From positions 79,702 to 143,701 of IMG/VR virus record IMGVR_UViG_3300037485_001282: 64,000 bases of DNA; one strand, 5' to 3'. Source of the stretch: a virus. The notes beneath the pieces are model-generated. The model was not told the origin of the DNA, did not search any database, and was given only the letters and a program-made list of their open reading frames with translations. The position numbers and the translations under genes were made by a program. This document shows, one piece after another, positions 1-8,684 of this stretch (within the stretch, counting starts at the first letter, position 1; the number at the start of each line of letters is the position of its first letter).

Positions 1-115
1 CATTAGCGAAAAAGGTATTTGGTGCGTCTTCCATACCTATGTCATAAACTTCTTGTTCGACTGTCCCGTCCGAAACAAGTTCGATTGATTCTATTTCATC
101 TATATAATAATTCAT
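1..115 (-). CDS. gp43: DNA polymerase B C-terminal gene fragment, beginning with split-intein C-half (IntC); runs off the window edge
   Basis: Not in ORF track. Manual translation from ATG at 115: MNYYIDEIESIELVSDGTVEQEVYDIGMEDAPNTFFAN..., containing intein block F (VYDI...FFAN). Starts 1 nt after the stop of the upstream endonuclease. Confidence 0.85.
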   Translation of the reverse strand, partial: MNYYIDEIESIELVSDGTVEQEVYDIGMEDAPNTFFAN

Positions 116-116
116 T

Positions 117-1766
117 TTATTCCTCATTCCAAATAAATTTTATGTGTCCGCAGTCCCATACTCTTCTATAGTTATTATTAATCATATTAGAAAATTCTGT
201 TAACGTTTCATCATAAATTGGTAATATTTTTTTTAAATTCTCTTTATAACATTTAAATCTACTTACATATATTTCTTCATCTTTAACATAAAAATAGTTT
301 GGAGAAGATAACCCACTATGTTTAAATCCAATATTTTCAAAATTTTTGCCATCAGATAATCTAAAATCGCACACAAATAGAACCTCTCTTGGGGTGAATT
401 TTTCTTTAAAATAATCAAACAATATTTTTTCGCTTTTGAAAATGCTTATGTTATTTAAATTACAATATCTTGTTATCTCCCACTGGTGTTTGGTGTTTGA
501 GCAAATACCCATTACTGATATTATCGCGTTGTTATAAAATAACCCAATTTTTATTTTTGATAATTTTACTCCATTTAAATTATTATGGGTACAAAAATTA
601 TTAAATTCTTTATCTGAAATTTCTTTAACTACACATTCGCTCGCGTCTATAATGTTGCTGATTTTATTTAATTTATTCTTTATTATCGATTTCCAAATCT
701 CCCTCTTCACAACATTTTTCCACTCAAATTCGAACATATGCAATAATTCTATATTTTTTTCTTTACATAATATTGTTTTATTTGCATGATAATTTTTCTC
801 TTTTTCAGTTTCTTCTTTATTGAACGAATGCCAATAATTACCATTGAATTCAATAGCCAGATTTTTATTTGGAACAAAAATATCAATTTCTTTCGGGGGT
901 ATAATATATCGCACATTTTCTACTATCGATTCATCGAGTTCCTTGATAAAATCACATACCTCTTTTTCTTGATGTGATCTAATTTGGCTGCAATATGGAC
1001 AACCATAGCCAGATTTATGATCATTTGGCGTTTGCCAAAATGACCCATGCTCTTTACATTTTATTTCTACTTTTTCTTTAGCTGATCGGTAAACGACAAA
1101 ACTATAATCATAAAGATCGCCATGTGATTTTTTAAAATCAACTATAGTTTCTTCTTGTGTTTTAAATGATCTTATGCTATTAAATTCGTTAGCGCATTTA
1201 GGGCAGCCATGTCCTAATAAGTGAATAGATGGTAATTGAAAGAATACACCGTGCTTTTTGCAGTGTATTTCTAATTTTTTGTCTTCCGTAAAGTTATTTA
1301 CGTAAGAATATAAGTTATTGTGTTTTTTATTAAGTAACTCATCCCATTTCTCGAACGAATAACTCAGCGCCTTACTAATGTTTTCTCTTTTGCATATTGG
1401 ACAACCTATTCCCCTAAAATGAGGAGCAGGGGCTTGCCAAAAAGAGCCATGCTTTTTACATATTATTTCTACTTTTTCCGAACAAGATACATATTTTACT
1501 TTTGAGTAGTCATATTTGTATTTGTGTTTTTCGTTAGATTTTTCTATAAACATTTCGTTGGTGAATGTTCTTTTAAGGGCATATGATTCTCTTCTACAAA
1601 TTGGGCACCCTAGGGTTCTACTAATATCTGCGTTTCTTTTTTTAAATTTTATACTGTGTTTATTACAAAACAGTTCTATTATTTTCTTGTCGTGGTCTAA
1701 AATTTTAATTACACTCACATGCGGCAAATGTTTTTCCACTCTAATTTTTATCTGATCAATGTTCAT
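117..1766 (-). CDS. Free-standing homing endonuclease: zinc-ribbon repeats + Vsr/PD-(D/E)XK-like nuclease + C-terminal Mom/GNAT-like domain
   Basis: Repeats of CxxHG.FxQ.P..H..G.GCPxC; nuclease motif EIDIFVP...AIEFNGNYWH; lies between the two halves of the polymerase gene; paralog of 30330..32123. Confidence 0.8.
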   Translation of the reverse strand: MNIDQIKIRVEKHLPHVSVIKILDHDKKIIELFCNKHSIKFKKRNADISRTLGCPICRRESYALKRTFTNEMFIEKSNEKHKYKYDYSKVKYVSCSEKVEIICKKHGSFWQAPAPHFRGIGCPICKRENISKALSYSFEKWDELLNKKHNNLYSYVNNFTEDKKLEIHCKKHGVFFQLPSIHLLGHGCPKCANEFNSIRSFKTQEETIVDFKKSHGDLYDYSFVVYRSAKEKVEIKCKEHGSFWQTPNDHKSGYGCPYCSQIRSHQEKEVCDFIKELDESIVENVRYIIPPKEIDIFVPNKNLAIEFNGNYWHSFNKEETEKEKNYHANKTILCKEKNIELLHMFEFEWKNVVKREIWKSIIKNKLNKISNIIDASECVVKEISDKEFNNFCTHNNLNGVKLSKIKIGLFYNNAIISVMGICSNTKHQWEITRYCNLNNISIFKSEKILFDYFKEKFTPREVLFVCDFRLSDGKNFENIGFKHSGLSSPNYFYVKDEEIYVSRFKCYKENLKKILPIYDETLTEFSNMINNNYRRVWDCGHIKFIWNEE

Positions 1767-1784
1767 AAGGTATATCCTTAATCA

Positions 1785-1792
1785 TATTTATA
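1785..1792 (-). promoter_or_regulatory. T4-type late promoter for the polymerase-embedded endonuclease
   Basis: TATAAATA on minus strand (tatttata at 1785-1792), followed by AAGGA RBS and ATG at 1766. Confidence 0.75.
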
Positions 1793-1805
1793 TAAATTTT
1801 AACAT

Positions 1806-3941
1806 TTATATGACTATAATTTTATCTCCAATTTTTAGGTTATGTGATTCTTTGTTTACCATGTTACTATTGGCGTCAATAGTAATTAACGGATGATCAG
1901 ATGTAACTGTAATTGTTTTTCCTGATTTCGTTTTTATCTTATATAATTTCTTTTTTGTCAGATGCTTTTCTATATATTTGACTTTGCCAGAAATTACATT
2001 TGATATGGTCGAATCAAACATAGGTAAAAGTAAGTTATTAGGGAAAACGAATTCTCTTCCATCATAATTTTTCTTGAAATTGATTGGTTCTTCTGTTTTT
2101 AATTCGGAAAAAATATCTTCTATTGCTATGTTTCTATTTTTACCTAAGTCATTGATAACCATGGACTTAGCCACGGAATCGGTATCTGCGTATATACAAA
2201 CATCATTAACGTTAATTGCGTTGTGTCTTTTCGCTAATTCCGTATCTTTAAATTTAGTTAAAAAATAGTTCTGAACCGTATCATTTACTGTTTTCGTTAT
2301 AGATTGTCCAGTTAAAGTCACCGCCATAGCATTATCTAGGTCATAAAATCTTGAATAAGGTGTCGATAAAAACCCATAAACAGAGTTCAAAAGCAGTTTG
2401 TAGTTGATTTGACGAGCATCGTGGGCGCTATATTCTGCTTTATTATTGTTTCTTTCTGCTTCTAACATTAACTCTTTATAATATTTTCTTTTATCAAACC
2501 ATTCAGAAATAAACGAAGGAACAATACCTTTAACATCTTGGCGATAGATAGCCCCATTGCCAGCCAAGCAGAAATTCTTTGCTTTAATTAACTTTGCTAG
2601 TTCCCTTATAGAAGTTTCTATGCCACTAAAAGTTACTAAATAGTCATCTATATCTTTACCAGCGATTAACTTACGTAAATCTGGAACATATTGACCATCG
2701 ACTCTTCCTATTTTAGTTTCTGGGCTAATGTTCCAACCCATCATAATAGAAGGATACAATGAAGTAGCATCGAAAGATACCGTCCATTCATGTAGTCCCT
2801 TTATAGGATCTTTAACGTAACCACCTGGAAACTTTTTAGGTTCTATGTCTCGTTTCACATCTGGAAGAACAATATTTTTCTTTGATAGTTCCGATAAGAA
2901 GGCACCATCAAGGACTCTAACAGTTTTCTGATAGAACTCGAAAGGAACTCGGCAACCATAGCAGAAACTGAAGAGAATATTTAGGAACTTCTTTTTTGCT
3001 TCTAGTTTCTTTAGGAGTCTAACGTCATGGACATTATACTCTACATATTTCTGCCAGTCGTTATTATAGAGATCAACTAGAGTTCCTGTGTATTCTAGTT
3101 TACGTTCCCCTAGTTCCTCTTCAGCAATAGAATCTAATTTCCAGCTTGGTCTAGCGGAAAAGGTATATGTTTTAAATACTTCTAACATATCAATACAAGA
3201 GATGCCAGCAATTGAATAAGTTTTCTTAATTTTTCCATTTTTCAAAGTAGTTTCTATTTCTTTAACTACTCCAATGGGACTTAAGTCACTTGCAGCGTCT
3301 TCGTGGAAGATTTTGTTAATTCTATTTACTATGTAGGGAATATCGAAAAAGTTACTATTCCAGCCACTAAGGAAATCTGGGTGACTGTTTCTAACAAAGG
3401 TCATGAATTGGTTTAGTAATTCATTTTCATTTGATATGATAGTTTTTTCGTATTTCTCGTTTGCTTCATCTAGGAAACTTGTATTAAAGTCTCTTTCAGC
3501 AAATATAAAGTATTTTTGCTGTTTAGTTGACCAAACAGTAATAATAGTTATTGGGAAGTTAGCATCTTCTGGTTTAGGGAATCCTTTTTCAGAATGCACC
3601 TCAATATCCAATAACCATATATCGAAGTCAGGAATGGTTAGTTCCTGACCTAGATAGTGGCTAACTATAAACTTAGTTTCTAGTGGAATGTCTGATTCAA
3701 ACAGTTCCATTCCACTTGCTTTAAGTCTTTCGATTTTCTTTTTATATGCGTAGATGGTATCTGTTTCTATTTTTCTTGCTGGATCACCGAAAATAGTTTT
3801 ATATTCTGGATTCTTTAAGAGTTTATCTTTCAAGAAAAAGAATAGAGGAGCGGGAAGACGCTTATGAACTTTATGTCCATCTTCATATTCCCACAGATTT
3901 ATTTCTGACTTTCGGTAATCAACAAAAATATTAGAATACAT
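1806..3941 (-). CDS. gp43: Family B DNA polymerase N-terminal fragment (588 aa) fused to split-intein N-half (123 aa)
   Basis: Exo motifs LDIEVH, GWNSNFFDIPY, YNVHDV; motif A SFDATSLYPS, motif B KLLLNSVYG, motif C YADTD followed by intein SVAK...TVTSDHPL and a stop. Confidence 0.95.
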   Translation of the reverse strand: MYSNIFVDYRKSEINLWEYEDGHKVHKRLPAPLFFFLKDKLLKNPEYKTIFGDPARKIETDTIYAYKKKIERLKASGMELFESDIPLETKFIVSHYLGQELTIPDFDIWLLDIEVHSEKGFPKPEDANFPITIITVWSTKQQKYFIFAERDFNTSFLDEANEKYEKTIISNENELLNQFMTFVRNSHPDFLSGWNSNFFDIPYIVNRINKIFHEDAASDLSPIGVVKEIETTLKNGKIKKTYSIAGISCIDMLEVFKTYTFSARPSWKLDSIAEEELGERKLEYTGTLVDLYNNDWQKYVEYNVHDVRLLKKLEAKKKFLNILFSFCYGCRVPFEFYQKTVRVLDGAFLSELSKKNIVLPDVKRDIEPKKFPGGYVKDPIKGLHEWTVSFDATSLYPSIMMGWNISPETKIGRVDGQYVPDLRKLIAGKDIDDYLVTFSGIETSIRELAKLIKAKNFCLAGNGAIYRQDVKGIVPSFISEWFDKRKYYKELMLEAERNNNKAEYSAHDARQINYKLLLNSVYGFLSTPYSRFYDLDNAMAVTLTGQSITKTVNDTVQNYFLTKFKDTELAKRHNAINVNDVCIYADTDSVAKSMVINDLGKNRNIAIEDIFSELKTEEPINFKKNYDGREFVFPNNLLLPMFDSTISNVISGKVKYIEKHLTKKKLYKIKTKSGKTITVTSDHPLITIDANSNMVNKESHNLKIGDKIIVI
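1809..2177 (-). mobile_element. Split intein N-half (Ser1) inserted at polymerase motif C (DTD|S)
   Basis: Starts at Ser after YADTD; block B TxxH (VTSDH); ends LKIGDKIIVI-stop; no Cys in the 123 aa. Confidence 0.9.
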
Positions 3942-4264
3942 CAGGCATCCTTATTTTCTACTATGTCGAAATTAGCTGCTGATGGATTAGCTTCCATCCA
4001 CTTAGCAAAATCTAATGGATCAACTCCAATTTGCAATAGAACATCTCTAGCAAATAAACGAGAGTCACCATATAAAGAAGCATTAAGATTCTTTAAGAAA
4101 GAATTGGCATGTTCAAAGTGAATATGCGTTCTCTTTTCGGTAACGTCATCTTGATAGAACTCGGTTCTATTAGTTGAGATCTTTCCATTATCCATGATTT
4201 CGATCTGGATACGGAATTGCACCTTGGGCTTGGGTGGCTTTTTTTCTTTAGGTTCTTTTGGCAT
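3941..4264 (-). CDS. Hypothetical protein (107 aa), translationally coupled to polymerase
   Basis: Start moved to 4264: AAGGAGG RBS precedes it, and the upstream ATG lies inside the promoter; TGATG stop/start overlap at 3941. Confidence 0.75.
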   Translation of the reverse strand: MPKEPKEKKPPKPKVQFRIQIEIMDNGKISTNRTEFYQDDVTEKRTHIHFEHANSFLKNLNASLYGDSRLFARDVLLQIGVDPLDFAKWMEANPSAANFDIVENKDA

Positions 4265-4287
4265 TATGTGCCTCCTTGTGGGGAGCA

Positions 4288-4315
4288 ATAATACCATAAC
4301 TTTTTCATTTGTAAA
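4288..4315 (-). promoter_or_regulatory. Sigma70-type promoter for the polymerase operon
   Basis: TTTACA-N16-TATTAT with TG extension on minus strand. Confidence 0.6.
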
Positions 4316-4331
4316 TAGGCAGTTTTTAAAT

Positions 4332-5420
4332 CTATTTTATTTTGAATGTTTTCTCGTATAATCCGTAGTTTTCTGGATTTTCCATCCAGCGTTTATTAAG
4401 TTCGGTTTTTCCTGCTTCGAGACTATTATTCTTAAAGTTCAAATCTTTTTCGAACTTTTTAAGAGCCTGATACCACTCATCTACTCTGTTTTCAACGGAA
4501 ACTACTCCGTTAATTAAATCATACGGCCCAATGCCCTTTCCTATTGATGAACATAGACAAGGGAGACCCATTGCAGAAAATTCTAATAGTTTTAAATCAG
4601 ACTTAGCGTAATTGAAAATATGGTCTTTAATGGGTATTATTCCAACATCAGCGTTTATTTCATCCATTTTTTGTGGATAGTCATAAAAATCTTCCCATTC
4701 ATGGAACTCAACCTTACCTAAAAGTTCTGGTGGCATTGTTCCCATAAATACCCATTCAAATTCGTTAATAGTTTTATAAATTAAAGGCAAAAGAAACTCC
4801 ATATCCCCGCCTTTTGCTATATGACTTGAGGATCCAGACCAAAATATACGCATTTTTTTACTTGTATTAAATTTATTTCGCTTTCCACAACCGTACCAAA
4901 GATGCTTTGGTAAAAAATTAGGAATAACTACTGAATTTTTTACATTATGCTTTTCTTCATAATAGTCTTTTAAAAACTGGGTACTAAAAGTAACTACATC
5001 CGACATATTAAATAAATCTATTAAGTTATTTTTTCTGGTTTGAGTGTAGTATCTATAAGCCTCTATGTTACAAGGCTCTATCTCATGAACCAAGTCATCT
5101 AGATCAAAAGTTATTCTAGTTTTAAAGTTGTTTTTAGTGATTAGTTTCTTGTATTCGTAGATATAGGATTTTTGGCGATGAGTTGTTTGTCGCTGAAATC
5201 TTAGCCAATCCATATTAGAAATATATGTTATATCAAAATTAAATCCGAATAAAAAGGGACTAACAAAGTTAGATTTAGAAATTAAATAAGAAAACGGAAT
5301 AAAGGTTCTATAAAAACCGCACCCAGCCGTATCGCTTGGGAAATTTAATACACAAGTATGTGGTGGTTTAGGTGATTTAAAAAGTTTTTGTAGATCTGTT
5401 TTAGCTTGGTCTGATGGCAT
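4332..5420 (-). CDS. GT-B fold (GT4-like) glycosyltransferase
   Basis: GCGFYR, FDLDDL, WSGSSSH, DVGIIP...FNYAKSDLKLLEFSAMGLP motifs. Confidence 0.8.
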   Translation of the reverse strand: MPSDQAKTDLQKLFKSPKPPHTCVLNFPSDTAGCGFYRTFIPFSYLISKSNFVSPFLFGFNFDITYISNMDWLRFQRQTTHRQKSYIYEYKKLITKNNFKTRITFDLDDLVHEIEPCNIEAYRYYTQTRKNNLIDLFNMSDVVTFSTQFLKDYYEEKHNVKNSVVIPNFLPKHLWYGCGKRNKFNTSKKMRIFWSGSSSHIAKGGDMEFLLPLIYKTINEFEWVFMGTMPPELLGKVEFHEWEDFYDYPQKMDEINADVGIIPIKDHIFNYAKSDLKLLEFSAMGLPCLCSSIGKGIGPYDLINGVVSVENRVDEWYQALKKFEKDLNFKNNSLEAGKTELNKRWMENPENYGLYEKTFKIK

Positions 5421-5477
5421 TTTGTTCCTTTAAAAGTTTTTGTAAAATGGGTATAATAATTATTAAGTGAGGAAAAT

Positions 5478-5948
5478 ATGAAAAAAGCAAAGTCTCCGAG
5501 AATTTTTAATTCGATTAGAAAAAGTCGATCTTCTTCAACCCCAGATAGATATTATATCGATAAAAATGAATATTTGAGGGAGTTACTTAAATTCAAGAAA
5601 ACTGGGAAATCTTCTGAACGATTGGGTGAATTATTTAAACTACATGTAGATAAGATGGGAACATCTTTTGCTTTTAAGAACTATACCTACTTAGATGAGA
5701 TGAAATCAGATGCTTTAATCTTTCTTTTAAAATATGCTAATAGATTCGATCCCGAGTTTATATCTGACAAAGTTCAAGGAACTACTTGCTTTTCATATTG
5801 TTCTACTATAATATACAGAGCTTTCATTCAGACGATAAACCGAGAACAAAAATACGCCAATTTAAAAAATGATATTATTCAGAATCAAGATCATTTAAAT
5901 GGTAGTGCGCCAAAGGCAAGTATTTTTGATGAGATGACATTAGATTAA
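5478..5948 (+). CDS. gp55: Late transcription sigma factor
   Basis: YYIDKNEYL...FKNYTYLDEMKSDA...RFDPE...FSYCSTIIYRAFIQTI; syntenic with gp47/gp46; TATAAATA promoters abundant. Confidence 0.88.
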   Translation: MKKAKSPRIFNSIRKSRSSSTPDRYYIDKNEYLRELLKFKKTGKSSERLGELFKLHVDKMGTSFAFKNYTYLDEMKSDALIFLLKYANRFDPEFISDKVQGTTCFSYCSTIIYRAFIQTINREQKYANLKNDIIQNQDHLNGSAPKASIFDEMTLD

Positions 5949-5959
5949 AGGATTTTATA

Positions 5960-7072
5960 ATGACATATAAGTTAGGAATCTTAAGTGACTTCCATTTAGG
6001 ATATAAAAATAACAGTGAAAACTACCTAACTATTATGGAAAATTATTTTCTGAAGACGCTTCCCTCGATACTTAAAGAAAATAAAATAAGTGATGTTCGA
6101 TTATTGGGGGATATATTTGATAATAGAAACACGATTAATGTAAGAACATTAAATATTGCTTTAAATATATTTAGATGGTATCAAACTAATTTACCACACG
6201 TTAAGTGGTCAATAGTTGTTGGAAATCACGATATTTACTATCATAATCGTTTAGATGTTAACTCTCTAGAGGTTTTTAGAGAGTTAAATAATATTAATAT
6301 AATTGATAAATTGACTATTGAAAAAATAGGAAATAAATCTATTGTTAGCGTTCCTTGGATTATAGATGGAGCAGAAGCGGATATTAAGTTTAAGGAGCTA
6401 ACAAACGGTACTAATATCTATGATCTGTGTTTAGGGCATTTCGATATTCAAGGATGTGAAATGCAAAGAGGACACGTATCTGAACATGGAATCCCCAAAG
6501 GAACATTTAAGAGTTTCAAAAAATTATTTTCTGGACATTTTCATATTAGAAACACAGGTAAAGATGATAAGATTACCTTTTGTGGTTGTCCCTATCAATT
6601 AACTTGGGGTGATTATGATAATACTAAAGGTTTCCATATTTACGATATAGATACTAATGAGACCACATTTATAGAAAATACAGATTCTCCTCAGTTTATT
6701 AAAATTACGGTCGAAGACTTTATTAGTAAAAACGTAGAGAAGATAAAAAAAGTAACTGGAAATTTTGTTAAGTTAATTATAGAAAAGCAAATAAAAGAAA
6801 GTGATACTATAAAGTTAATTCAGAGAATAGAGTCACTAAAGCCACTAAAATTAGATATAGAAAATAATACTTTAATATCTCTTGCTGAATCAGAAGAAGC
6901 AACTAAACTTGTAGAAAAATATAAAGATACTAATTTAATGTCTGGGGATTCTAATCTTTTCATGACTGATTACGTCGAAAATATTTTAGAAGTTAACGAT
7001 AAGGACATTAAGAAAGAATATTTAATTTCAATTCTTAATGATTTCTACCAAAAAGTAATAAAGGAAAAATAA
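5960..7072 (+). CDS. gp47: Recombination endonuclease subunit (Mre11/SbcD-like)
   Basis: Phosphoesterase motifs SDFHLG, LGDIFD, GNHD, GHF, SGHFH. Confidence 0.95.
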   Translation: MTYKLGILSDFHLGYKNNSENYLTIMENYFLKTLPSILKENKISDVRLLGDIFDNRNTINVRTLNIALNIFRWYQTNLPHVKWSIVVGNHDIYYHNRLDVNSLEVFRELNNINIIDKLTIEKIGNKSIVSVPWIIDGAEADIKFKELTNGTNIYDLCLGHFDIQGCEMQRGHVSEHGIPKGTFKSFKKLFSGHFHIRNTGKDDKITFCGCPYQLTWGDYDNTKGFHIYDIDTNETTFIENTDSPQFIKITVEDFISKNVEKIKKVTGNFVKLIIEKQIKESDTIKLIQRIESLKPLKLDIENNTLISLAESEEATKLVEKYKDTNLMSGDSNLFMTDYVENILEVNDKDIKKEYLISILNDFYQKVIKEK

Positions 7073-7312
7073 ATGGCTAATTTAGAATTTAAAGACATTA
7101 CCGTTAAGAACTTCATGAGTTTCGGTAATGTTGAGACTACTCTTGACTATAAGACTGGGCTTAATCTAGTTACTGGGAAAATAGAAGGCACTAATGCGGC
7201 AAATGGGGCAGGTAAATGTTTAAAAAAATCTACGGAAATTTTAGTAGATTTTGAAGATGATGCGACCAAAAAAGCATTTGAAAATTATATTCTAAGTTCC
7301 GAATATAAATAG
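7073..7312 (+). CDS. gp46: gp46 (Rad50/SbcC-like ATPase) N-terminal fragment (48 aa) + 31-aa split-intein N-half
   Basis: KNFMSFGN and Walker A NGAGK, followed by CLKKSTEI (intein block A) and a stop. Confidence 0.92.
   Translation: MANLEFKDITVKNFMSFGNVETTLDYKTGLNLVTGKIEGTNAANGAGKCLKKSTEILVDFEDDATKKAFENYILSSEYK
7217..7309 (+). mobile_element. Atypically short split-intein N-half (31 aa, Cys1)
   Basis: CLKKSTEILVDFEDDATKKAFENYILSSEYK directly after P-loop GAGK. Confidence 0.88.
7304..7311 (+). promoter_or_regulatory. Late promoter for the gp46-embedded endonuclease
   Basis: TATAAATA overlapping last IntN codons; AGGAG RBS before ATG 7331. Confidence 0.75.
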
Positions 7313-7330
7313 TGGTATAGGAGATTCCCG

Positions 7331-8344
7331 ATGCCATTATCGAAAAAACAACAAACGGTTAAAAAAGAAAATTCAAAACGAGGGCCAACTTTTAGTCCGT
7401 TTTCTAAAGAATTCTATATGCATTATAAAGGCATGACCTTGGAAGAGGCAACTAAAGAAGCCAAAACAAAAAGACCATGTAATGTTGAATATTGGATTAA
7501 AAAAGGATTCAGTGTTGATGCCTCAATATTAAAAGTAAAAGATCATCAGAAAAAAACATCTATTATAAGAGTTGAAAAAGTTAATAATGGTGAACTTATA
7601 TATTTTGGGCCAAATCAGACAGAATATTGGAAAAATAGAGGGTTTACCGACGAAGAAGCAATATTAAAAGTTTCAGAAAGACAATCTACTTTTTCTAAGG
7701 TAAAATTAATAGAAAAATTGGGAGAAGAAAGGGGATTGGCGAGATGGAAAGAGAGACAGATTAAGTGGCAAAAAACACTGGGGGAGAAATCTAAAGAAGA
7801 AATATCTGAAATTAATAGAAAGAAATTAGTTACGCTGTCTAATATGCAAGAAAAATATGGTGAAGTGTTGGGTGAAGAAAAATATAATATCTGGAAAAAC
7901 AGTCATAACATGTTTTCCTCAAAAGAAGCAACTGAGTTTTTCAAAAAAATAACTGATTATATAGTTGATAATTTTCAAGTAAATAGAAAACAAATATATT
8001 TTGAGGACAATGATAATAATGAAATGTTCCTAAAAGACAACGACGGAAAACATTTTTTATATGATTATTGCGTTCGAGATTTATTTTTAATAATAGAATA
8101 CCATGGAATAAAATTTCACCCAAATAAAGATAAACTATCCGAAGAAGAGTGGGCCGAGTGGAAATGTCTTTTTTCAGAAAATACAGCAGAATATGTTTAT
8201 TCAAGAGATCAATATAAGAAAAAATTGGCTATGGACTGTGGATTTTCTTTTTTCGAAGTTTTCTCAGACGATCCAGACAAATTTAACAGAGTAATAGAAT
8301 TTATAAGGAAACATCATGAAGACAACAATAGGCACGATAAATGA
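7331..8344 (+). CDS. Free-standing homing endonuclease, Vsr-like/EDxHD-type, with N-terminal helical repeats
   Basis: Repeats EYW.K.GF...EA..KV...Q and EK.GE..G...; C-terminal YDY...IIEYHG.KFH...RDQYKKKLA...GF; sits between the two gp46 halves. Confidence 0.8.
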   Translation: MPLSKKQQTVKKENSKRGPTFSPFSKEFYMHYKGMTLEEATKEAKTKRPCNVEYWIKKGFSVDASILKVKDHQKKTSIIRVEKVNNGELIYFGPNQTEYWKNRGFTDEEAILKVSERQSTFSKVKLIEKLGEERGLARWKERQIKWQKTLGEKSKEEISEINRKKLVTLSNMQEKYGEVLGEEKYNIWKNSHNMFSSKEATEFFKKITDYIVDNFQVNRKQIYFEDNDNNEMFLKDNDGKHFLYDYCVRDLFLIIEYHGIKFHPNKDKLSEEEWAEWKCLFSENTAEYVYSRDQYKKKLAMDCGFSFFEVFSDDPDKFNRVIEFIRKHHEDNNRHDK

Positions 8345-8684
8345 TTTCTACGAAAAATTTCCAGAATATAAAGGGAAAATTTCAGTAAAAACCCCATATG
8401 GATTTAAGAAAATCTTAGAAGCGAAGATTACTGATTACTCAGTTCCTATGGAATTAGTCACTGAATCAGGTAAGCAAATAGTAGGTTCTAAAAAGCATCT
8501 AGTAAAAAACGCAGATGACCAATGGGTTACTTTAAGCGACTATAAAATTGATGATTTAATTAAAACTGAAAGCGGAATTGAAAAAATTACGTCACTCAAG
8601 TCGCTCCAAGTTGCTGAGTATCTTTATGATATTCAAGTAGCTGAAGTTGAGCAATATTACTCAAATGGAATATTAAGTCACAAT
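8316..8684 (+). mobile_element. Large split-intein C-half carrying blocks B, F and G
   Basis: GSKKH (block B), LYDIQV (F), SHN then Ser+1 at 8685. Confidence 0.9.

Noticed and set aside
117-8344. Group I introns, frameshifts or ribosomal bypassing as the cause of the split polymerase and gp46
   Set aside because: Breaks are flanked by intein half motifs, downstream halves have their own ATG, and the gaps have no room for a ribozyme core.
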